In this document: in pieces, positions 1 to 11,226 of the stretch
Layout: each line of letters opens with the position of its first letter
Position numbering within the stretch: position 1 is the stretch's first letter
Source: Nemertoderma westbladi
Taxonomy: Eukaryota > Animalia > Xenacoelomorpha
Direction: 5' to 3'
DNA length: 64,000 bases
Assembly (NCBI GenBank): GCA_032718475.1
Contig: JAUCBJ010008070.1
Location: forward strand, 1-64,000
Notes under the pieces: model-generated
Told to the model about the DNA's origin: nothing
Databases searched by the model: none
The model's input: the letters and a program-made list of their open reading frames with translations, nothing else
Program-made: the position numbers and the translations under genes

Positions 1-3000
1 ATATATATTTATTTATATAGCGCCAAATTTACATAATATACGTACTCTAAGGCGCTGACAACACATAGTACACAGTAATTAATAGTTCGTGACTGCAATA
101 GCAATAGTTATGAAATAAAAAATCAACTAAAATAATGTAGTAATTAAAAACCAACAATAAAAACATCATAAAATATAGTAAAAACAAACAATAAAAACGA
201 TCATCGTAAATATTGTAGCATATAGTAAAAAATAAACAATAAAACAAAAAAAACGATCAACGCAAGCATTCCAGTGCGGGTTAAATTAAAATGTAATTAA
301 TGGCAGAATAGAATATAATGGCAGTGATAATGAATTAAAATTAATAGTAAAAACAAACAATAAAAACAACTGTTATGGTGGACTTTTTAAGATTTAAAAT
401 ATATTGATGTTAAAAACAATCGTGTATACATCCAGTACTTAAGTTAAAATTAAATTTAAAATTGAAAGTAATTAATTAAAAAATGTCAGTCGTCCATAAA
501 AACAAATAAATAATGTTTAGTTTAGATTTAACTTCATAGGCACAGCGTAATATAGGACACTAGTTTACGTGGTATTCCAGATTGTACAGGTGAGTTTTTA
601 GACGTTTCTTAAAAATGCCCACATTCGATGATTCGCGTATGGCCGGAGGCAATGCGTTCCATACAGTTGGAGCAGCAATGGAGAACGATCGCCTACCATA
701 ATGTTCCGTATTGTAGCGAGGGGCCACGAGTAAACCCAGCCCGCTGGATCGCATCTCGCGGATGGGTACGTACGGAGTTAGTAAGTCGCTTAGATACTTC
801 GGGGCACAGTTATTTACGCATTTCCAAGTTAGCAAGGCAATTTTAAAGTCTATACGGCGAACTATAGGTAACCAGTGCAATGCTTTTAGGGTTGGAGTTA
901 TATGGTCCCTCTTCTTTACACCACATAGAAGTCGAGCCGCGGAGTTTTGAACGTACTGTAGTTTCTGAATGGATTTTTTTGGCAGACCGTAGTAGAGAGA
1001 ATTATTGGCGTCAAGCTTTGATGTTACAAGTGCGTGTATAAGTATTTCCATGTTTTGTTTGTTGACGTATCGCTTTATCTTTGAAAGATTCCTTAAATGG
1101 AAGAATGCCTCACGAACGGTGATTCCTATTTGCTTGCACATTGTAAGCTGAGAGTCTAATTCGAACCCGATATTGCGAACGTTTGGGCTGCACGATATTA
1201 TGTCGCTCCCAATGGTCAGTACTGGGGGGTCCTGCTGGATGCCGAACCTGGACTGCAATAACAGGACTTTAGTTTTATCGGAATTCATTTTTAAGTAGTT
1301 TTTATCCATCCACTCCAGCACATCCACGAGGCAACTCTCAGTTACTTTTACAGCGCTGTTTAATTCAATTGGCTTGAAAATCAAATATAATTGGGTATCA
1401 TCCGCGTAGAAATGACAATGTAGACCATGCCGCTTTATTACAGCTGATAGTGAACGCGTGTATACCGTAAACAGAATCGGACCCAATACCGAACCCTGTG
1501 GTAGTCCATAGCGGAGGTGCTTTGCGATGGAATATGTATTCCCAATACGCACCTGTTGCGAGCGCTCCGATAGATATGATACGAACCATTTAAGGGCGAC
1601 GCCATCAATGCCAATGTCGTGTTTAAGTATCTGCAATAGTTTGCTATGTTCAACCGTGTCGAATGCCGCGCTTAAATCAAGTGTGATAAACAAACACACC
1701 GAACCATCGTCAATTCCACGAAGTACCGTATCAGCAACAGATAACAAAGCAGTTTCCGTACCGTGTAATGGGCGGTAGGCACTCTGGTAGGGTTCATGCA
1801 GACCGTTCAGATTCATGTGGTGCTTTAACTGCTCTACCACCACCTTCTCAGTTAATTTGGAAATGTACAGTAAGTTCGAAACCGGTCTAAAGTGATTGAG
1901 TATTTCCGGGTCTAATCGCAATTTCTTTAGTATTGGTGTGAGAATTGCTTCTTTGAAACGCGAAGCCACAGTTCCAGTTCGTAAAGATAAGTTAATTATC
2001 AATGTAATGACCATCAATAGTGGTTTTAAGGACATCTTTAGTATGCTGGTTGGAATCGGGTCACGTGGACTTGATTTTGACTTCGAGTCGCTTATCAGTT
2101 TTTCAACGCCGTCGCTCGTTACGTCACAAAATTTGTGAAGGACCGGTGCTGGAGGCGTCCCGGACGGCGCGGGAGGCACCCCGGACGGCTTCCCGGACGG
2201 TGCGGGAGGCGTCCCGGACGGCGCCCCGGATGGCGCAGGAGGTACCCTGGTCGGAGCGAGAGGCGCCCTGGATGACGTGGGAGGCGTCCCTGACGGTCCT
2301 TGAGGCGTCCCGGACGGCGCGGGAGGCGTACCAGATGGCCTGGGAGGCGACCCGCATGGCGTGGGTGTAGGCACCCCGGACGGCGCGGGCAGCACCCCAG
2401 ACGGCGAGGGAGGCGTCCCGGATGGCGTGGGAGGCGTCCCGGATGGCCTGGGAGGCGACCCGCATGGCGTGGGTGGAGGCACCCCGGACGGCGCGGGCAG
2501 CACCCCAGACGGCGAGGGAGGCGTCCCGGATGGCGTGGGAGGCGTCCCGGATGGCGTCCCGGATGACGTCCCATTGTGGTTTAGACCATCTCGAATAGAT
2601 TTAATCTTATTATCGAAGTAGTTTACAAATCTGTTAGCTAATTCCAATTCAGAATTATGTCTCGGTAATATAACCTTATTTCCTCTGTGTAAAACTTTAT
2701 TGACGACTTTAAATAGTGTTTTTAGGTCCTCTGAATTGTTCTTGATTATCCCGCTATAATATTGTTCCTTAGCCGTTGAGATGGCCGCCGCTACCTTGTA
2801 ACATTGGTTTCTGTATTCCAAGAGGTCAACATGCAGTTTCGTTGTCCGATATTTGCGCTCCAATCGGCGTCTAGTTCTCTTCTCATTGGCTATTGACTCG
2901 GTATACCATGGTGCCATTGGACGCTCAATTACTGTCTTCGTTACCAATGGTGCATGTCTATCCAGTAGTGATAATAGTGTTTTGTCATAGAGTTCTACCA

Positions 3001-3255
3001 GTTGGTCAACGTCATGCGGTAGTGGGTTTACACATAATGCTGATGTTTCGATATCTGAAATCAAGTTGCCCATGTTTATACGGCTCAGTTTCCTGTGCGA
3101 AATAATCTTTTTTACCGCAATAGGTTTTGGTAGTGATATATCAAAACATATTAAGTAGTGATCCGAGATACCGATGTCACACACCCGTATATCCTTAATT
3201 ATATCGATATCGTCTTTGTGCATCAACACCAAATCTATGGTATCTATGGTATCTA
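1..3255 (-). mobile_element. 5'-truncated L2/CR1-group LINE (end of APE endonuclease, RT, C-terminal domain, 3' UTR)
   Basis: Motifs DLV..ISDH (APE end), FRPVSNL, QSAYR, LDLSAAFD, PQGSVLGP, YADD and DHITPTLKALHWLP. The minus-strand 3' end reads AGCGCC..GGCGCT-ATATAAATAAAT at 1-56, a typical L2 stem-loop plus tail. Confidence 0.93.
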
Positions 3256-4192
3256 CGTATGCTAACAGATCCCGTCTGCATCTAATGTCCCAATTGGTGT
3301 GCTGTACGTGTGCTAACAGATCCCGTCTGCATCTAATGTCCCAATTGGTGTGCTGTACGTGTGCTAACAGATCCCGTCTGCATCTAATGTCCCAATTGGT
3401 GTGCTGTACGTATGCTAACAGATCCCGTCTGCATCTAATGTCCCAATTGGTGTGCTGTACGTGTGCTAACAGATCCCGTCTGCATCTAATGTCCCAATTG
3501 GTGTGCTGTACGTATGCTAACAGATCCCGTCTGCATCTAATGTCCCAATTGGTGTGCTGTACGTATGCTAACAGATCCCGTCTGCATCTAATGTCCCAAT
3601 TGGTGTGCTGTACGTATGCTAACAGATCCCGTCTGCATCTAATGTCCCAATTGGTGTGCTGTACGTGTGCTAACAGATCCCGTCTGCATCTAATGTCCCA
3701 ATTGGTGTGCTGTACGTGTGCTAACAGAACCCTTCTGCATCTAATGTCCCAAGTGGTGTGCTGTACGTGTGCTAACAGATCCCGTCTGCATCTAATGTCC
3801 CAATTGGTGTGCTGTACGTATGCTAACAGATCCCGTCTGCATCTAATGTCCCAATTGGTGTGCTGTACGTGTGCTAACAGATCCCGTCTGCATCTAATGT
3901 CCCAATTGGTGTGCTGTACGTGTGCTAACAGAACCCTTCTGCATCTAATGTCCCAAGTGGTGTGCTGTACGTGTGCTAACAGATCCCGTCTGCATCTAAT
4001 GTCCCAATTGGTGTGCTGTACGTATGCTAACAGATCCCGTCTGCATCTAATGTCCCAATTGGTGTGCTGTACGTGTGCTAACAGATCCCGTCTGCATCTA
4101 ATGTCCCAATTGGTGTGCTGTATGTATGCTAACAGAACCCTTCTGCATCTAATGTCCCAAGTGGTGTGCTGTACGTATGCTAACAATGCCAT
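560..4192 (-). CDS. L2 ORF2 remnant (RT motifs intact) read in frame from a 51-bp satellite; contains a Pro/Ser/Gly-rich repeat insert
   Basis: Uninterrupted 1210-aa ORF. The first ~310 aa are 17-aa satellite repeats, followed by LINE sequence from VDTIDTIDLVL. The RT part is genuine; the N-terminus is probably fortuitous. Confidence 0.6.
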   Translation of the reverse strand: MALLAYVQHTTWDIRCRRVLLAYIQHTNWDIRCRRDLLAHVQHTNWDIRCRRDLLAYVQHTNWDIRCRRDLLAHVQHTTWDIRCRRVLLAHVQHTNWDIRCRRDLLAHVQHTNWDIRCRRDLLAYVQHTNWDIRCRRDLLAHVQHTTWDIRCRRVLLAHVQHTNWDIRCRRDLLAHVQHTNWDIRCRRDLLAYVQHTNWDIRCRRDLLAYVQHTNWDIRCRRDLLAYVQHTNWDIRCRRDLLAHVQHTNWDIRCRRDLLAYVQHTNWDIRCRRDLLAHVQHTNWDIRCRRDLLAHVQHTNWDIRCRRDLLAYVDTIDTIDLVLMHKDDIDIIKDIRVCDIGISDHYLICFDISLPKPIAVKKIISHRKLSRINMGNLISDIETSALCVNPLPHDVDQLVELYDKTLLSLLDRHAPLVTKTVIERPMAPWYTESIANEKRTRRRLERKYRTTKLHVDLLEYRNQCYKVAAAISTAKEQYYSGIIKNNSEDLKTLFKVVNKVLHRGNKVILPRHNSELELANRFVNYFDNKIKSIRDGLNHNGTSSGTPSGTPPTPSGTPPSPSGVLPAPSGVPPPTPCGSPPRPSGTPPTPSGTPPSPSGVLPAPSGVPTPTPCGSPPRPSGTPPAPSGTPQGPSGTPPTSSRAPLAPTRVPPAPSGAPSGTPPAPSGKPSGVPPAPSGTPPAPVLHKFCDVTSDGVEKLISDSKSKSSPRDPIPTSILKMSLKPLLMVITLIINLSLRTGTVASRFKEAILTPILKKLRLDPEILNHFRPVSNLLYISKLTEKVVVEQLKHHMNLNGLHEPYQSAYRPLHGTETALLSVADTVLRGIDDGSVCLFITLDLSAAFDTVEHSKLLQILKHDIGIDGVALKWFVSYLSERSQQVRIGNTYSIAKHLRYGLPQGSVLGPILFTVYTRSLSAVIKRHGLHCHFYADDTQLYLIFKPIELNSAVKVTESCLVDVLEWMDKNYLKMNSDKTKVLLLQSRFGIQQDPPVLTIGSDIISCSPNVRNIGFELDSQLTMCKQIGITVREAFFHLRNLSKIKRYVNKQNMEILIHALVTSKLDANNSLYYGLPKKSIQKLQYVQNSAARLLCGVKKRDHITPTLKALHWLPIVRRIDFKIALLTWKCVNNCAPKYLSDLLTPYVPIREMRSSGLGLLVAPRYNTEHYGRRSFSIAAPTVWNALPPAIRESSNVGIFKKRLKTHLYNLEYHVN
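2148..2572. repeat. GC-rich 21-bp minisatellite (108-bp higher-order unit) inside the L2 ORF
   Basis: GGGAGGCGTCCCGGA(C/T)GGCG-type units encode PSGTPP[TAS]. The block ATGGCCTGGGAGGCGACCC recurs at ~2335 and ~2443. Confidence 0.9.
3253..4185. repeat. 51-bp minisatellite, ~18 copies
   Basis: Unit TGCTAACAGATCCCGTCTGCATCTAATGTCCCAATTGGTGTGCTGTACG(T)(G/A); GCTAACAGA at 3261 and 3312 gives the period. Confidence 0.97.
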
Positions 4193-4874
4193 CGTCTGTT
4201 GGCTAATTAGTTAGCAATGCATACGATTTTACATATTACGATATTAAACTTTAAACAAATTCGTTGACTCTTATTGGCTTTCCTGAGCACTCAGGGAATA
4301 TTGACATGGGCCTGAGTTTCCTCTCGGGAGTATAATAGTTCTGGGGGGACCACACTGGAAATAAGTCAGTAAGTCATCAGACTTTGTGCGTAATCCCTTA
4401 ACGGCCGAAGAAAATTTGCTTTACTTTACTTTACCTTAGTGTAGTTGTTTATACTATTAGTTTATACTTATATGAACAATAAGGTATGAAACCACAAACG
4501 AGTACAGTATGTTCCTACTTCCTACCCCTACCATTCCTTGCTGCATTAGCTGCATACCAGTATGCCTGTACTGTACATTATGCCACATGAGGCTATGTAT
4601 CCCAGCAACCCCTTCCCCTATTGGCTATTTACCTAACTGACAGTACCTTGTACAATTATATATCTTTCTTCTGATTGGTTAGGATCAGATGCGGTCAGAT
4701 CAGATAAGGACAGACGTTTTATTCTACCTCTTCTGCTACTAATATATTTACTTGCGATTTGTGCAATTTTATTTATGTCAATCTAATTTGATTTTTATTA
4801 AATAAATGAAAAGTTCAGCCTCTTACTCAGGAACCTGCTTTCCAGTAGTAATGACTTGTTATTGTATTTCCTAG

Positions 4875-5026
4875 GGTTACAAAGTCATTCCAGAAGGATC
4901 AGCTTCCAATAGGATTTGGCGTTGCAGTACAGAGCCGACTGCTGCTGTTTGCGGTGTTTATAAGATTTGGGTGTCTCACAGTATGAGACGATGTGGTATA
5001 GCTACGCGGTTATTAGACTGTCTGAG
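4875..5026 (+). CDS. ESCO2: ESCO1/ESCO2 (Eco1) cohesin acetyltransferase, penultimate coding exon
   Basis: Acceptor TTTCCTAG, donor GAG|GTTAG. Translates GYKVIPEGSASNRIWRCSTEPTAAVCGVYKIWVSHSMRRCGIATRLLDCL(R), matching the ESCO motif W.CS..P.PA.CGISRIWV....RR..IA.R....LR. ESCO1 and ESCO2 cannot be told apart here. Confidence 0.92.
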
Positions 5027-5051
5027 GTTAGTATCTCCTCTATTATTAATG

Positions 5052-5262
5052 TACACTTATTATAGGAAGGGATCTAGGGGTCTTAACCTCGAATGATAAG
5101 TTTATTTTACCGAAAATAACTTATCTGTTATTGGCGCAATTGTAGGACTAATCCCATCACATGTGTACTTTTTAACCGGGTAGTGTACAAATTTAGGAAT
5201 CGCGTAATTTTTCTTGAAATTAATATCTCATATCTCTCCTGACCAATGTACGCGTTTCGACC
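5052..5262 (-). mobile_element. 5'-truncated copy of the hammerhead repeat
   Basis: Reverse complement matches ~23289-23506, starting within hammerhead stem II (GGTCGAAACGCGTA). Flanked by the direct repeat TATTATTAATG at 5041-5051 and 5263-5273. Confidence 0.9.
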
Positions 5263-5398
5263 TATTATTAATGGCCTCTACGTTTAATTGTTCTTGTAGT
5301 TACTTAGCAATGTTATTATTACATATTTTGTATTATTTAGTTACACTTTCTCACTAAATATGTATTATTTAGATACACTTTCTCACTAAATATGTATT

Positions 5399-8300
5399 AG
5401 AACCATATATCCGACTCTGTATAGCCTCCCATGGGCCACCCGGTCCCCTGAACCATCTATACGAGTCTGTGTAACCTCCCATGGACCACCCGATCCCCAG
5501 AACCATCTATCCGACTCTGTATAACCTCCCATGGACCACGTGGTCCCCGGAACCATCTATCCGACTCTGTATAACCTCCCATGGACCACGTGGTCCCCGG
5601 AACCATCTATCCGACTCTGTATAACCTCCCATGGACCAACCGGTCCCCTGAACCATCTATACGAGTCTGTGTAACCTCCCATGGACCACGCGGTCCCTGG
5701 AACTGGAACCATCTATCCGACTCTGTATAACCTCCCATGGACCACGTGGTCCCCGGAACCATCTATCCGACTCTGTATAACCTCCCATGGACCACGTGGT
5801 CCCCGGAACCATCTATCCGACTCTGTATAACCTCCCATGGACCAACCGGTCCCCTGAACCATCTATACGAGTCTGTGTAACCTCCCATGGACCACCCGAT
5901 CCCCAGAACCATCTATCCGACTCTGTATAACCTCCCATGGACCACGTGGTCCCCGGAACCATCTATCCGACTCTGTATAACCTCCCATGGACCACGTGGT
6001 CCCCGGAACCATCTATCCGACTCTGTATAACCTCCCATGGACCAACCGGTCCCCTGAACCATCTATACGAGTCTGTGTAACCTCCCATGGACCACCCGAT
6101 CCCCAGAACCATCTATCCGACTCTGTATAACCTCCCATGGACCACGTGGTCCCCGGAACCATCTATCCGACTCTGTATAACCTCCCATGGACCACCCAGT
6201 CCCCGGAACCATCTATCCGACTCTGTATAACCTCCCATGGGCCACCCGATCCCCAGAACCATCTATCCGACTCTGTATAACCTCCCATGGACCACGTGGT
6301 CCCCGGAACCATCTACCCGACTCTGTTTAACCTCCCATGGACCACCCAGTCCCCGGAACCATCTATCCGACTCTGTATCACCTCCCATGGTCCACCCGGT
6401 CCCTGGAACCATCTATCTGACTCTGTATAACCTCCCATGGACCACCCGGTCCCTGGAACCATCTATCTGACTCTGTATCACCTCCCATGGTCCACCCGGT
6501 CCCTGGAACCATCTACCCGACTCTGTTTAACCTCCCATGGGCCACCCGGTTCCCTGAACCATCTACCCGACTCTGTTTAACCTCCCATGGGCCACCCGGT
6601 CCCTGGAACTGGAACCATCTATCCGACTCTGTATAACCTCCCATGGACCACCCGGTCCCTGGAACTGGAACCATCTATCCGACTCTGTATAACCTCCCAT
6701 GGACCACCCGGTCCCTGGAACCATCTACCCGACTCTGTTTAACCTCCCATGGGCCACCCGGTCCCTGGAACTGGAACCATCTATCCGACTCTGTATAACC
6801 TCCCATGGACCACCCGGTCCCTGGAACTGGAACCATCTATCCGACTCTGTTTAACCTCCCATGGACCACCCGGTCCCTGGAACTGGAACCATCTATCCGA
6901 CTCTGTTTAACCTCCCATGGACCACCCGGTCCCTGGAACTGGAACCATCTATCCGACTCTGTATAACCTCCCATGGACCACGTGGTCCCCGGAACCATCT
7001 ATCCGACTCTGTATAACCTCCCATGGACCACGTGGTCCCCGGAACCATCTACCCGACTCTGTTTAACCTCCCATGGACCACGTGGTCCCCGGAACCATCT
7101 ATCCGACTCTGTATAACCTCCCATGGTCCATCCGGTCCCTGGAACCATCTATCTGACTCTGTATAACCTCCCATGGACCACCCAATCCCCGAAACCATCT
7201 ATCCGACTCTGTATAACCTCCCATGGGCCACCCGGTCCCTGGAACTGGAACCATCTACCCGACTCTGTATAACCACCCGGTCCCCGGAACCATCTATCCG
7301 ACTCTGTATAACCTCCCATGGACCACCCAGTCCCCGGAACCATCTATCCGACTCTGTATAACCTCCCATGGGCCACCCGATCCCCAGAACCATCTATCCG
7401 ACTCTGTATAACCTCCCATGGACCACGTGGTCCCCGGAACCATCTACCCGACTCTGTTTAACCTCCCATGGACCACCCAGTCCCCGGAACCATCTATCCG
7501 ACTCTGTATCACCTCCCATGGTCCACCCGGTCCCTGGAACCATCTATCTGACTCTGTATAACCTCCCATGGACCACCCGGTCCCTGGAACCATCTACCCG
7601 ACTCTGTTTAACCTCCCATGGACCACCCAGTCCCCGGAACCATCTATCCGACTCTGTATAACCTCCCATGGGCCACCCGATCCCCAGAACCATCTATCCG
7701 ACTCTGTATAACCTCCCATGGACCACGTGGTCCCCGGAACCATCTACCCGACTCTGTTTAACCTCCCATGGACCACCCAGTCCCCGGAACCATCTATCCG
7801 ACTCTGTATCACCTCCCATGGTCCACCCGGTCCCTGGAACCATCTATCTGACTCTGTATAACCTCCCATGGACCACCCGGTCCCTGGAACCATCTACCCG
7901 ACTCTGTATAACCTCCCATGGGCCACCCGGTCCCCGGAACCAGCTATCTGACTCTGTATAACCGCCCATGGACCACCCAATCCCCGAAGCCATCTACCCG
8001 ACTCTGTATAACCTCCCATGGGCCACCCGGTCCCCGGAACTGGAACCATCTACCCGACTCTGTATAACCTCCCATGGGCCACCACCCGGTCCCTGGAACT
8101 GGAACCATCTATCCGACTCTGTATCACCTCCCATGGTCCACCCGGTCCCTGGAACCAGCTATCTGACTCTGTATAACCGCCCATGGACCACCCAATCCCC
8201 GAAACCATCTACCCGACTCTGTATAACCTCCCATGGGCCACCCGGTCCCTGGAACTGGAACCATCTATCCGACTCTGTATTACCCTCCCATGGACCACCC

Positions 8301-8457
8301 AGTCCCCGGAACCATCTATCCGACTATGTATAATTGTATAACCTCCCATTGTGGCCTCCTGGTCCCCTGAACCATCTATCCGACTCTGTATAATCTTGCA
8401 TGGACCACCCGGTCGTCCGGAACCATCTATCCGACTCTGTATGACTTCCCATGGACC
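5399..8457. repeat. 50-bp minisatellite A (further blocks at 11227-11315, 12483-13677, 16585-17779)
   Basis: Unit AACCATCTATCCGACTCTGTATAACCTCCCATGGACCACGTGGTCCCCGG; 56-bp variants carry a GGAACT duplication. Confidence 0.97.
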
Positions 8458-8912
8458 TTCCGGTACATTATCCGGCGGGCCCTGGGAGGTCATTCAGAGG
8501 TGGGTAGTTGTCGCAGCAAATAATACCATTTACCCAATATTGTAGTTGTAGGCGGTGGTGTTTACTGAGTAATCAGGTTGGAGATGCAGCAACATCTCTT
8601 TCCATCTTATTTCACCTCCGCCTCCACAACACCTCCACTGCCACCACACCTCAAACGCCACAACACCTCCACCGCCACTATACCCCACCCATCCCACCAC
8701 CTTCTATATGACACCAGTAGACTAATATTTACTTGTGATCTCTATTACTGTATGACGTACTTAATTGTTCGGTATGATGTCATATTCTGGAATTTCATTC
8801 ATAACAATTATTTATTTATCGCTATTGATAGATACCTTGCTGCGGCATGTTGTATGTATACTTTCTCACTAAATGTAAAAAAAATTTTTTTTATAAGTGA
8901 AATATTCAGTGA

Positions 8913-11226
8913 TACCTTCTCACTAAGTATGTATTATTTAGTTACACTTTTTTACTAAATATGTATTATTTAGTTACACTTTCTTTAACTAATTTGTATT
9001 ATTTAGTTACACTTTCTCACCATATATGTATTATTTAGATACACTTTCTCACTAAATATGTATTATTTAGATACACTTTCTCACTAAATATGTATTATTT
9101 AGTTACACTTTCTCACTCTTTCTCACTATATATGTATTATTTAGTTACACTTTCTCACTAAATATGCATTATTTAGTTACACTTTCTTACTAAATATGTA
9201 TTATTTAGTTACACTTTCTCACTAAATATGTATTATTTAGATACACTTTCTTTAACTAATACGTATTATTTAGTTACACTTTCTCACTCTTTCTCACTAA
9301 ATATGTATTATTTAGATATTATTTAGATACACTTTCTTTAACTAATATGTATTATTTAGTTACACTTTCTCACTATATATGTATTATTTAGTTACACTTT
9401 CTCACTAAATATGTATTATTTAGATACACTTTCTCACTAAATATGTATTATTTAGTTACACTTTCTCACTAAATATGTATTATTAAGATACACTTTCTCA
9501 CTAAATATGTATTATTTAGATACACTTTCTCACTAAATATGTATTATTTAGATACACTTTCTCACTAAATATGTATTATTTAGATACACTTTCTCACTAA
9601 ATATGTATTATTTAGATACACTTACTCACTAAATATGTATTATTAAGATACACTTTCTCACTAAATATGTATTATTAAGATACACTTTCTCACTAAATAT
9701 GTATTATTTAGATACACTTTCTCACTAAATATGTATTATTTAGATACACTTTCTCACTAAATATGTATTATTTAGATACACTTTCTCACTAAATATGTAT
9801 TATTTAGATACACTTTCTCACTAAATATGTATTATTTAGATACACTTACTCACTAAATATGTATTATTAAGATACACTTTCTCACTAAATATGTATTATT
9901 AAGATACACTTTCTCACTAAATATGTATTATTTAGATACACTTTCTCACTAAATATGTATTATTTAGTACTTTCTCACTAAATATGTGTTATTTAGATAC
10001 ACTTTCTCACTAAATATGTATTATTTAGATACACTTTCTCACTAAATATGTATTATTTAGATACACTTTCTCACTAAATATGTATTATTTAGTACTTTCT
10101 CACTAAATATGTGTTATTTAGATTCACTTTCTCACTAAATATGTATTATTTAGTTACACTTTCTCACTAAATATGTATTATTTAGATACACTTTCTCACT
10201 AAATATCTATTATTTAGTTACACTTTCTCACTAGATATGCATTATTTAGTTACACTTTCTCACTAAATATGTATTATTTAGATACACTTACTCACTAAAT
10301 ATGTATTATTAAGATACACTTTCTCACTAAATATGTATTATTAAGATACACTTTCTCACTAAATATGTATTATTTAGATACACTTTCTCACTAAATATGT
10401 ATTATTTAGTACTTTCTCACTAAATATGTGTTATTTAGATACACTTTCTCACTAAATATGTATTATTTAGATACACTTTCTCACTAAATATGTGTTATTT
10501 AGATACACTTTCTCACTAAATATGTATTATTTAGTTACACTTTCTCACTAAATATGTATTATTTAGTTACACTTTCTCACTAAATATGTATTATTTAGTT
10601 ACACTTTCTCACTAAATATGTATTATTTAGATACACTTTCTCACTAAATATCTATTATTTAGTTACACTTTCTCACTAAATATGTATTATTTAGTACTTT
10701 CTCACTAAATATGTGTTATTTAGATACACTTTCTCACTAAATATGTATTATTTAGTACTTTCTCACTAAATATGTGTTATTTAGATACACTTTCTCACTA
10801 AATATGTATTATTTAGATACACTTTCTCACTAAATATGTGTTATTTAGATACACTTTCTCACTAAATATGTATTATTTAGATACACTTTCTCACTAAATA
10901 TGTGTTATTTAGATACACTTTCTCACTAAATATGTATTATTTAGTTACACTTTCTCACTAAATATGTGTTATTTAGATACACTTTCTCACTAAATATGTG
11001 TTATTTAGATACACTTTCTCACTAAATATGTATTATTTAGATACACTTTCTCACTAAATATGTGTTATTTAGATACACTTTCTCACTAAATATGTATTAT
11101 TTAGTTACACTTTCTCACTAAATATGTATTATTTAGTTACACTTTCTCACTAAATATGTATTATTTAGTTACACTTTCTCACTAAATATGTATTATTTAG
11201 TTACACTTTCTCACTAAATATGTATT
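8913..11226. repeat. 32-bp AT-rich minisatellite (further blocks at 11788-12482, 14204-16584, 18273-20665)
   Basis: Unit TAG(T/A)TACACTTTCTCACTAAATATGTATTATT; period 32 (14291 to 14323). Confidence 0.97.

Noticed and set aside
3174-4214. 346-aa plus-strand Cys-rich ORF as an upstream ESCO exon or metal-binding protein
   Set aside because: It is pure satellite translation with no convincing match to ESCO sequence and no clear splice sites.
4278-4435. Hairpin TTCCTGAG/CTCAGGGAA and GGACCACACTGGAAATAAG, reminiscent of an old LINE/SINE 3' end
   Set aside because: Too short and without boundaries or TSD to call without a library search.
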